NCBI GenBank assembly: GCA_019058295.1
Contig: JAHPZI010000027.1
Location: forward strand, 1 to 15,833
From: Promethearchaeota archaeon
Lineage (GTDB): Archaea > Asgardarchaeota > Lokiarchaeia > Sigyniarchaeales > SOKP01
Reading direction: 5' to 3'
Length of the DNA: 15,833 nt
Part shown: positions 1-7,072 of the stretch, in pieces
How positions within the stretch are numbered: the first letter of the stretch is position 1
Layout of the letters: every line of letters begins with the position of its first letter
Position numbers and translations under genes: made by a program
The notes under the pieces: generated by a model
What the model was told of the DNA's origin: nothing
Seen by the model: only the letters and a program-made list of their open reading frames with translations
Databases searched by the model: none

Positions 1-843
1 TTCAATTTAAAACTAATATTAGAATCCAATAATTACCAAGTGATTACTGCAAAAAATGGAAAAGAAGCGATTGATGTTCTCTCAAAACTAAAGGAAAATC
101 CAGAAATCATTTTAAGTGACATTATGATGCCAGAATTGGATGGTTACGACTTTTTTAAAACTATTTCTGAGGATCCAAGATGGGGACACATTCCTTTTTT
201 GTTTCTAACGGCTAAGGCTTCCCCTAAAGATATCCGATTTGGTAAAATGCTAGGTGTAGACGATTATATCACTAAACCTTTTAAAGAACAGGATTTACTC
301 GCAGTTATATCTGGAAAAATTACTCGTAAAAAAAGAATTAATACTATAAATAAGGAAGTTGAAGAAATGCTGTTATCAGTTAGTAAGGATGGAATGCATT
401 CTATTTCAGATGAGGATAAAAGTCAGGTGATCTTATTATTAGTTTTTTGGGACGACCATTTAGGACCTACAATTAAAAATTATTTTCCTAAAGAAGAAGA
501 CCTCCCATTTTCAATCAACCAAGTTGGTCAACAGCTATTTCAGGCAACAGTGAGTATTTATGGGCATGAATTAATAAAAAAGGCCGAAGGCATGTTGCTT
601 AATATTGAAAATATTAGTAGAAACGGATATATCTTATTTGATTCGTATCCTGAGCCTTCTACTAGGTCGAAAAAAAGAGAATATATGTTAGGTGTTATTG
701 CTCCAAAAATTAGCTATTTCAATTCTTTAAAAATAAAGGAAATACTCAAAGAAGCTTCAAAACAAATAAAAACAAAAAATCAGCTTGATTTAGCAGATTA
801 TAGAGAAAAAATTTTAAATTTATTATCAACGCCATTGATATAG
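1..843 (+). CDS. Response regulator receiver (REC) domain fused to a C-terminal uDENN/longin-like domain; 5'-truncated by the window edge
   Basis: The frame is open from base 1 (FNLKLILESNNYQVITAKNG), so GTG at 40 is internal. REC motifs: ILSDIMMPELDG (phosphoacceptor Asp), FLTA, DDYITKPF. The C-terminal domain has LLVFWDDHLGPTIKNYFP and STRSKKREYMLGVI, resembling uDENN/longin motifs. The REC call is firm; the C-terminal call is moderate. Confidence 0.88.
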   Translation, partial: FNLKLILESNNYQVITAKNGKEAIDVLSKLKENPEIILSDIMMPELDGYDFFKTISEDPRWGHIPFLFLTAKASPKDIRFGKMLGVDDYITKPFKEQDLLAVISGKITRKKRINTINKEVEEMLLSVSKDGMHSISDEDKSQVILLLVFWDDHLGPTIKNYFPKEEDLPFSINQVGQQLFQATVSIYGHELIKKAEGMLLNIENISRNGYILFDSYPEPSTRSKKREYMLGVIAPKISYFNSLKIKEILKEASKQIKTKNQLDLADYREKILNLLSTPLI

Positions 844-856
844 TAAAAGTAGTATT

Positions 857-1393
857 TTACTCTGTTATCCTCTTGGAGAATATTACATATACAGATGTAT
901 TAAAAATCTGATAAAAAAAATCAGTACTATCTAATTTCTCTTTAACTTTATCTTTCAAACTATTTATTTTCTTATCAAGTGCATCATTTTTAATTAGATC
1001 AGGGTCAAACTTGTGTAAAAATACAGATAACTCGATATTGTTACCATTTTTTTCTGCTTCAGTTAAATCAATTATTTTCTCAAAATACTGCAAAGCTAAC
1101 TCGTATCTTTTTGTGTCTTGAATATCAAAAACGAAAATTAATTTATTACATCCATACATATAATCATCAAAATCGCTTAAATATTCCTTTCTAAAGGCTT
1201 CTTGACCTCCTAGGTCCCAAATACTGAAATCCGTATCCGATATATTGATAGATATTATCTTATTTCCTTTTGTAGGTTTAATTTCACAAAAGCTAGTTAA
1301 CTTCTTTGTTCCTGATAAACATTTAACTATCGATGTTTTTCCAGCATTATCGAGACCAATAAACAGAATTTTTTTAGGTGTAGATTTTGTCAT
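857..1393 (-). CDS. Small GTPase, Asgard Arf/Rag(Gtr)-like
   Basis: G1 GLDNAGKTS, G2 PTKG, G3 WDLGGQ, G4 HKFD, G5 TSVY. 178 aa, with no C-terminal Roadblock domain. Confidence 0.93.
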   Translation of the reverse strand: MTKSTPKKILFIGLDNAGKTSIVKCLSGTKKLTSFCEIKPTKGNKIISINISDTDFSIWDLGGQEAFRKEYLSDFDDYMYGCNKLIFVFDIQDTKRYELALQYFEKIIDLTEAEKNGNNIELSVFLHKFDPDLIKNDALDKKINSLKDKVKEKLDSTDFFYQIFNTSVYVIFSKRITE

Positions 1394-1422
1394 TGTTTTA
1401 CTCTCCTGAATTTTTCTGTAAA

Positions 1423-1758
1423 TTAAAATAAAGTGTCATATATATCTAATTCTGCCGCTTTTTTCAACTTCTCATTATGTAAAGTAATAACAAATGATTG
1501 TATAAATGTAAGAATTTTAAAAATATAATCGTATTTTATTCTATAATAGTTCTTATTTTCTTTTTTCTCAAAATCAATGAGTTCCATTTCAATAAGTATT
1601 TTTAAATGTTGGGAAATTGTAGATTGACTCTTATCCAATGTATCTTCAATTTCTTTTGATGTCTTTTCTCCATTTTTTAATAAGTCTAGTACTTCAAGGC
1701 GTGTTTGATCTCCTAACACCTTTAAAAAATCGGCAATTTTTTCAGTTAGTTCGCTCAT
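1423..1758 (-). CDS. ArsR/SmtB-family winged-HTH transcriptional regulator
   Basis: FLKVLGDQTRLEVLDLL ... SQSTISQHLKIL ... NYYRI. No Cys, so it is not a classical arsenite-sensing ArsR. It lies 29 bp upstream of the GTPase on the same strand. Confidence 0.92.
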   Translation of the reverse strand: MSELTEKIADFLKVLGDQTRLEVLDLLKNGEKTSKEIEDTLDKSQSTISQHLKILIEMELIDFEKKENKNYYRIKYDYIFKILTFIQSFVITLHNEKLKKAAELDIYDTLF

Positions 1759-1890
1759 TTTTTTATTTTCTTCAATGGTAAAAATTCCTTGTTGATTTAA
1801 TTAAAAAAAAAATGATTTTTAAAGATTTTACTAATGAATTATTAGTTTTTTAAATTTTAGACTCTTAAATTAAAAATTAAACTACCAACA

Positions 1891-1904
1891 CAAAAGTTTA
1901 AATA
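1891..1904 (+). promoter_or_regulatory. Putative archaeal BRE + TATA box for the Lrp/AsnC gene
   Basis: Purine-rich CAAAAG followed directly by TTTAAATA (1897-1904), upstream of the ATG at 1997. Confidence 0.55.
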
Positions 1905-1916
1905 TGAAAGTTGACA

Positions 1917-1964
1917 ATATAGTTATATAGGCATATAGCCATATATCGATGTGCCGATATAAAA
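1917..1964. promoter_or_regulatory. Putative operator: six 8-bp units containing a 7-6-7 inverted repeat
   Basis: ATATAGTT ATATAGGC ATATAGCC ATATATCG ATGTGCCG ATATAAAA. Includes TATATCG-N6-CGATATA at 1942-1961. Lies between the divergent ArsR and Lrp genes. Confidence 0.65.
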
Positions 1965-1996
1965 TTATTTTATCAAATAAAAAGTGATTTAAGGAA

Positions 1997-2497
1997 ATGA
2001 TGTCCGAAATATTAAAGATAGATGATATTGATAAGCAAATTATTAATTTAGTTCAAGAACAACCTAATCTTACTCATACTCAAATAGCCCAAAAAGTTAA
2101 CCGATCTCAGCCCACAGTGGGTATGAGAATCCGAAAACTTGAGGAAATGGGGGTATTGCAATTTCAAGCAGGCATAAATCTTAAAACTGCTGATATGTAC
2201 TTTTCCAGAGTTGAAATTCAGACCAAATCACCAGAAGAGATTTATGAAATTGTTAAAAAGTGCCCATTTATGCTGAATGCGTTCCGTGTGAGTGGAGATT
2301 TTAACGTAAGCATTCTTATAACGAGCTTTGCACTTGAAGATATAGAATTTATTGTTAATTTTCATTTTAGGTCTAATCCAGAAGTTAAAAAAGTAGAAAT
2401 TACCTTTATTACGGATGTCCTAGAAAATTTCATCATACCCATTAATTTTGATTTTAACTGTGGATGTAAACATTGTATAATTTTACAAAAGGATTAA
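1997..2497 (+). CDS. Lrp/AsnC-family transcriptional regulator with a C-terminal CxCxxC tail
   Basis: IDDIDKQIINLVQ...THTQIAQKVNRSQPTVGMRIRKLEEMGVL HTH; RAM domain motif RVSGDFNV; ends in CGCKHCIILQKD. Confidence 0.92.
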   Translation: MMSEILKIDDIDKQIINLVQEQPNLTHTQIAQKVNRSQPTVGMRIRKLEEMGVLQFQAGINLKTADMYFSRVEIQTKSPEEIYEIVKKCPFMLNAFRVSGDFNVSILITSFALEDIEFIVNFHFRSNPEVKKVEITFITDVLENFIIPINFDFNCGCKHCIILQKD

Positions 2498-2500
2498 AAA

Positions 2501-2520
2501 CTTTTTCTTTCTTTTTATTT
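2501..2520 (+). terminator. Putative oligo-T (archaeal-type) terminator
   Basis: ctttttctttctttttattt just after the Lrp stop codon, in a convergent gap. Confidence 0.4.
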
Positions 2521-2565
2521 AAGAGATTTATAGATATTTAAAAAAAGAATAGTTTTAAAAATAAA

Positions 2566-3819
2566 TTATAACTTTTCCAAAATATGTACACACATGGCAG
2601 CTTCTCCAGGTCCTATATTACCTCCTCCATTCTCAGCTAATGCAATTCTTGGTTGATTAACCTGCCTTTTACCAGCTTCTCCACGTAATTGAGTCACCAA
2701 TTCATAGATTTGTGCCAAACCACTAGCTCCGATCGGATGTCCACGGGAAAGTAATCCTCCACTCGGGTTAATAGGAATTTTTCCATCAAGAGCTGTGGCT
2801 CCGCTCTCTGCAAATTCCCCGCCTTTTCCTATTGGACAGAATCCCATCTGTTCTGTCTGATGTATTTCTCCAAAAGCCGTAGCATCGTGAACTTCTGCCA
2901 CATTTATATCTTTAGGCCCAAGATCGGCCATTTTATAAGCGAATTTGGAAGCACGTGCGGCAATATCATTTTTATTCCAAGATCCAGACTGCAAAACCGA
3001 TGCTCGTACTAGGACCGCTCTTAAATTTGGATGTTGTTTTAAAAATTTTTCTGAACAAAGAATGGCAGCCGCAGCACCATCTCCGATTGGAGCGCACATC
3101 GCCCTTGTCAGAGGATAAGAAACTTCATAATCTTCCAAAACTTGCTCCACAGTCATAGGAAAAGTGTATTGAGCAAGTGGATTCAGTGTCGAATTATTGT
3201 GGTTTTTTGCGGCTACAATAGCCAATTGTCTTTGTGTTAACCCATATTTTTTCATATGCACACGGGCTCCTGCTGCATAAAGGTCCATAAACGCCGAGTG
3301 GCCCCCTTTTTTTTTTTTAACTTCAGTTCCTTGTTTTTTGGCCATCATCGCCTTTCGTTTTTCAGCCATTTTTTTTAATTGCTCGATAAGTTTACGGGTT
3401 TTTACAACATCCGTCCCTGCGAGGAATCCTTCCATTACCTTGGACCGATCCTCAAAATATAGTTTTTCAGCACCGATAGCTAAGGCACAATCATAGACTC
3501 CTGCTTTTATTGACATCCAAGCTCCTTGGAAAGCGGTACTCCCACCAGCGCAAGCATTTTCCACATTTGTTATAGGTATTTTATCAATGCCATTGGCAGT
3601 AAGTGCTACTTGCCCTCGTATACAATGCTGAAAATCTTCACTCATACCCCAACCAGAATTGGAAAACCAAGCAGCTTCGATGTCCTCTAGATTTACATCA
3701 TTTTCACAGTCCTTTAGGAGCGATTCAAGTGCTTCTCCTGTCAGATCCTTAATACTTTTTTCTAAATATTTCCCAAACTTGATCATTCCTACGCCAAATA
3801 CATACACTTTATCACTCAT
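2566..3819 (-). CDS. Thiolase, SCP2/SCP-x-type (acetyl-CoA acyltransferase family)
   Basis: VFGVGMIKFGK, NVENACAGGSTA (catalytic Cys), EVHDA, NPSGGLLSRGHPIGASG, ENGGG in place of CxGGG. ATG at 3819 (MSDKVY) is preferred over TTG at 3828. Confidence 0.93.
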   Translation of the reverse strand: MSDKVYVFGVGMIKFGKYLEKSIKDLTGEALESLLKDCENDVNLEDIEAAWFSNSGWGMSEDFQHCIRGQVALTANGIDKIPITNVENACAGGSTAFQGAWMSIKAGVYDCALAIGAEKLYFEDRSKVMEGFLAGTDVVKTRKLIEQLKKMAEKRKAMMAKKQGTEVKKKKGGHSAFMDLYAAGARVHMKKYGLTQRQLAIVAAKNHNNSTLNPLAQYTFPMTVEQVLEDYEVSYPLTRAMCAPIGDGAAAAILCSEKFLKQHPNLRAVLVRASVLQSGSWNKNDIAARASKFAYKMADLGPKDINVAEVHDATAFGEIHQTEQMGFCPIGKGGEFAESGATALDGKIPINPSGGLLSRGHPIGASGLAQIYELVTQLRGEAGKRQVNQPRIALAENGGGNIGPGEAAMCVHILEKL

Positions 3820-3881
3820 GTTATTCAACTTTTTCGATTTATCTTGATTTAATAAATGGTGATTAATACAATAATATTATT
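3818..3881. promoter_or_regulatory. Compact divergent thiolase/esterase-1 promoter region; copy 1 of a duplicated element
   Basis: Near-palindromic ATTTAATAAAT at 3847-3857, about 30 nt from both start codons. Nearly identical to 5463-5523. Confidence 0.65.
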
Positions 3882-5399
3882 ATGAAAACAGAAATTATTG
3901 AAAAAACTGATATTATTGAAATTAAATCTGGTAAGATTCAAGGTTATAAAGAAGATGAATTAGAGATATTTAAGAATATTCCATTTGCAGAACCTCCAAT
4001 TGGCGAATTAAGGTTTCTCCCCCCCGTTGCTAAGAAGCCCTGGGATGATGTGCTTGAAACAACTGAATATGGGAATGTCGCATGGCAAGGATACACACAA
4101 CTCGAGGAGTTTCTTGGTAAAGATGGCCCAGAAGATGAAGATTGTTTAAATTTAAATATATGGACCCCAGCAACTGATGATGGAAAACGTCCTGTTATGG
4201 TTTGGATACATGGTGGCGCCTTCATTACTGGGACAGGTGCTAATCCAATATATGATGGATCTGCTTTAGCTAAGCGTGGTAACATTGTAATAGTCACGAT
4301 TAACTATAGGTTAGGATCTTTTGGATACCTTAATTTTAAAGGAAAAAAGACTCTTAATGTAGGCTCTATTGACCAAATAGCCGCATTGAAATGGGTCAAT
4401 GAAAATATTTCTAAATTTGGTGGTGATCCTGATAATGTAACAATCTTTGGTGAATCTGCAGGAGGTTATTCTGTAGTTTCCTTATGCTCAATGAAAGACG
4501 CAAAAGGATTATTTCGAAGGGTTATTGGTCAGAGTGCCCCATTTATTCCACCTGAAATAGATGACAAAACTACTAAGAAGATTATGCGTAAATTAGGTTT
4601 AAGAAAAGGGACTTTTGAAGATCTGCTTGAAATTCCTCCCGAAAAAATCATTGACGCTCAAAATGCGGTATTTGAAGCGGATCCCACGAATATTATGGCA
4701 TTAAGACCTATGGTTGATGGTAATATTTGGCCTAAGCATCCATTGCAAGCTTTTAGAGATGGAGACTGTGCTGATATAGATTTTATGATTGGATCTAATA
4801 TGGATGAGTTTAAACTATTCTCTGAACAAGAAAATTTGAAAAAATTAATAGAAGATGGTGATTTGGTAAAATTATTTGTCGGATTTTTAGGAATGGCAGG
4901 AATCCCCTCAGAGAGAAGCGCTAAAATCATTGATGTCTATAAAGAAGCAAGAGAGGGAAAATTCTCAAATGAACCAACAGATCTTTTTACCGCCCTTGTA
5001 AATGATTATGCATTCCGTATATCTACAATTCGCCTTCTTGAGGCTCAGAGACCACACCAGCCTAACACATATAATTATTTATTTGATTGGAAATCTCCCG
5101 GACTAGATGGCAGATTAGGTGCATGTCATGCATTGGAGCTTCCATTTGTATTTGGAACTCTTAATTATCCAGTTCTAAAAGAATTTGTTGAAGGTGCTCC
5201 TCGTGAATTATCTGAAAAAATTATGGATGCTTGGATTGCATTTGCAAAAACTGGCAATCCCAACCATAATGGACTCCCCGAATGGCCTGCATATGATGCT
5301 GAAAAACGAGCAACAATGATCTTTGCAGAAGAATGTAGAGTTGAAAATGCACTCTTTGATAAAGAAAGAGCTGCTTGGGATGGACTATTAGAAGTCTAA
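3882..5399 (+). CDS. Type-B carboxylesterase/lipase (para-nitrobenzyl esterase-like), paralog 1
   Basis: EDCLNLNIW, WIHGGAF oxyanion hole, INYRLG, GGDPDNVTIFGESAG nucleophile, GSNMDE acid, GACHALELPFVFG His. No signal peptide. Confidence 0.95.
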   Translation: MKTEIIEKTDIIEIKSGKIQGYKEDELEIFKNIPFAEPPIGELRFLPPVAKKPWDDVLETTEYGNVAWQGYTQLEEFLGKDGPEDEDCLNLNIWTPATDDGKRPVMVWIHGGAFITGTGANPIYDGSALAKRGNIVIVTINYRLGSFGYLNFKGKKTLNVGSIDQIAALKWVNENISKFGGDPDNVTIFGESAGGYSVVSLCSMKDAKGLFRRVIGQSAPFIPPEIDDKTTKKIMRKLGLRKGTFEDLLEIPPEKIIDAQNAVFEADPTNIMALRPMVDGNIWPKHPLQAFRDGDCADIDFMIGSNMDEFKLFSEQENLKKLIEDGDLVKLFVGFLGMAGIPSERSAKIIDVYKEAREGKFSNEPTDLFTALVNDYAFRISTIRLLEAQRPHQPNTYNYLFDWKSPGLDGRLGACHALELPFVFGTLNYPVLKEFVEGAPRELSEKIMDAWIAFAKTGNPNHNGLPEWPAYDAEKRATMIFAEECRVENALFDKERAAWDGLLEV

Positions 5400-5411
5400 A
5401 ATTAAAATTGA

Positions 5412-5437
5412 GTTATTTTTTCTTTATCTTTTTTTTT
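5412..5437 (+). terminator. Putative oligo-T terminator after esterase 1
   Basis: Long T tracts right after the TAA at 5399, suggesting esterase 2 has its own promoter. Confidence 0.45.
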
Positions 5438-5462
5438 AATTACCTGATTTTTGGTTTTAGAA

Positions 5463-5523
5463 ATGTTTTTCAACTTTTTCAAATTATCTTGATTTAATAA
5501 ATAGTGATTAATACAATAATATT
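5463..5523 (+). repeat. Copy 2 of the duplicated upstream/promoter element
   Basis: Matches 3818-3881 at 57 of 61 aligned bases plus one 3-nt indel next to the ATG (manual alignment). Confidence 0.85.
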
Positions 5524-7038
5524 ATGAAAGCACAAACTATTGAAAAAACTGATATTATTGAAACTAAATCTGGGAAAGTCCAAGGCTATCGCAAAAATGG
5601 TTTAGAAATATTTAAGGGAATTCCTTATGTAGAAGCCCCAATTGGTGAATTGAGATTTAAGCCTCCTATTGCTAAGAAACCCTGGGAAGGAATTCTTGAG
5701 ACTACAAAATATGGTTCTTGTGCTTATCAAGGATATACAGAACTCGAAGATTGGCTTGGTAAAGCTCAACCCGAGAGTGAAGATTGTCTTTTTTTAAATA
5801 TTTGGACCCCAGCAACAGATAATAAAAAACGTCCGGTTATGGTTTGGATACATGGAGGAGCATTTATCATGGGAACTGGAAATGATCCGATGTACAATGG
5901 CTCAGCTTTAGTTCAACGCGGGGATGTTGTAGTAGTTACTATTAATTATCGGTTAGGTGTTTTTGGTTTTCCATATATCTCGGGGGTAACTGCAAATATA
6001 GGCTCTCTTGATCAGATTGCTGCTCTGAAATGGGTAAATGAAAATATTCAACATTTTGGCGGGGATCCTAATAATGTCACGATTTTTGGAGAATCTGCGG
6101 GTGCGTATAGCGTTGTTTCATTGTGCTCGATGCCTTCTGCTAAGGGGCTTTTTCACAAGGTAATTGCTCAAAGCACGCCAATTATAGATCCAGGAATCAG
6201 TGAAAAACCTACTAAAAAGATATTACGGAAATTGGGAATTAAAGGAGGAAATATTGATGCTGCGCGTGATATCCCTGCTGAACAAATTGTTGAAGCACAG
6301 AACAAATTTTTTAAAGAAAATCCTCAAAATGCCTTGGCGCTAAGACCTCAAATAGAAAAAGAAATCTGGCCAAAACATCCAGAAAAAGCTTTTAAAGAAG
6401 GCGATTGTTCAGACATCTTTTTTATGATAGGGACGAATTTAAACGAAGCAAAATTGTTCACAGCCATGAAAGCTTTTATCCCATTGGTTAATAAAGGAGA
6501 AAAATTTATAATAGATTTTTTGGGTATGCAAGGAATCAAGGAAGAGAGAAGCAAAAAAATAATAAATGTATATAAGGAGGCGAGAGAAGGAAAGCTTTCT
6601 AACGAACCCAAGGAACTTGCGGATGCTTTTCTAACAGATTTAATGTTTCGTATCTCTACAATACGATTACTTGAGGCTCAAAGACCTCATCAACCTAATA
6701 CATATAATTATATGTTTTCTTTGATATCGCCAGCATTTAACGGAATTTTAGGATCATGCCATGCTCTTGAGATACCTTTTGTATTTGGTACGCTTGAGGC
6801 ACCTACAATGAAAGGTTTCGTACCTGTTAATTCTGAAGCTAAAGGCGTCAGTGAAAAGATGATGGACTCATGGATTGCTTTTGCTCATACTGGAAACCCA
6901 AATCATAAAGGCATTCCCGAGTGGCCAGCTTATGATGCTGAGAAGAGAGCAACAATGGTCTTTGGAACTGAATGTAAAGTTGAAAATGGTATTTTCAATA
7001 AAGAGTATAAAGCCTGGGACGGTCTTTTAGAAATATAA
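5524..7038 (+). CDS. Type-B carboxylesterase/lipase, paralog 2 (tandem duplicate)
   Basis: SEDCLFLNIW, WIHGGAF, GESAG, GTNLNE, GSCHALEIPFVFG. Collinear with paralog 1 end to end; both finish AWDGLLE(V/I). Confidence 0.95.
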   Translation: MKAQTIEKTDIIETKSGKVQGYRKNGLEIFKGIPYVEAPIGELRFKPPIAKKPWEGILETTKYGSCAYQGYTELEDWLGKAQPESEDCLFLNIWTPATDNKKRPVMVWIHGGAFIMGTGNDPMYNGSALVQRGDVVVVTINYRLGVFGFPYISGVTANIGSLDQIAALKWVNENIQHFGGDPNNVTIFGESAGAYSVVSLCSMPSAKGLFHKVIAQSTPIIDPGISEKPTKKILRKLGIKGGNIDAARDIPAEQIVEAQNKFFKENPQNALALRPQIEKEIWPKHPEKAFKEGDCSDIFFMIGTNLNEAKLFTAMKAFIPLVNKGEKFIIDFLGMQGIKEERSKKIINVYKEAREGKLSNEPKELADAFLTDLMFRISTIRLLEAQRPHQPNTYNYMFSLISPAFNGILGSCHALEIPFVFGTLEAPTMKGFVPVNSEAKGVSEKMMDSWIAFAHTGNPNHKGIPEWPAYDAEKRATMVFGTECKVENGIFNKEYKAWDGLLEI

Positions 7039-7072
7039 AAAACAGAAAAATGAAAAATTTTTTCTACTAATT

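Noticed and set aside
40-42. GTG at 40 as the start of the response regulator
   Set aside because: The frame is open to base 1 and the first REC strand with its acidic pair is missing, so the true start lies upstream of the window.
1917-1964. 8-bp array as a CRISPR or VNTR
   Set aside because: Units are too short and degenerate, with no spacers or cas genes; an operator explains it better.
3307-3318. T12 tract in the thiolase as a phase-variation or frameshift site
   Set aside because: It encodes KKKK in frame, the ORF is intact, and homopolymers are common in this AT-rich DNA.
2955-3847. Short + strand ORFs 2955-3158 and 3659-3847
   Set aside because: Antisense shadows of the thiolase with no recognisable motifs.
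3944-6611. Minus-strand ORFs 3944-4297, 4658-4930 and 6348-6611
   Set aside because: Antisense to the esterases, with the Ser/Phe/Ile-rich composition typical of reverse-frame artefacts.
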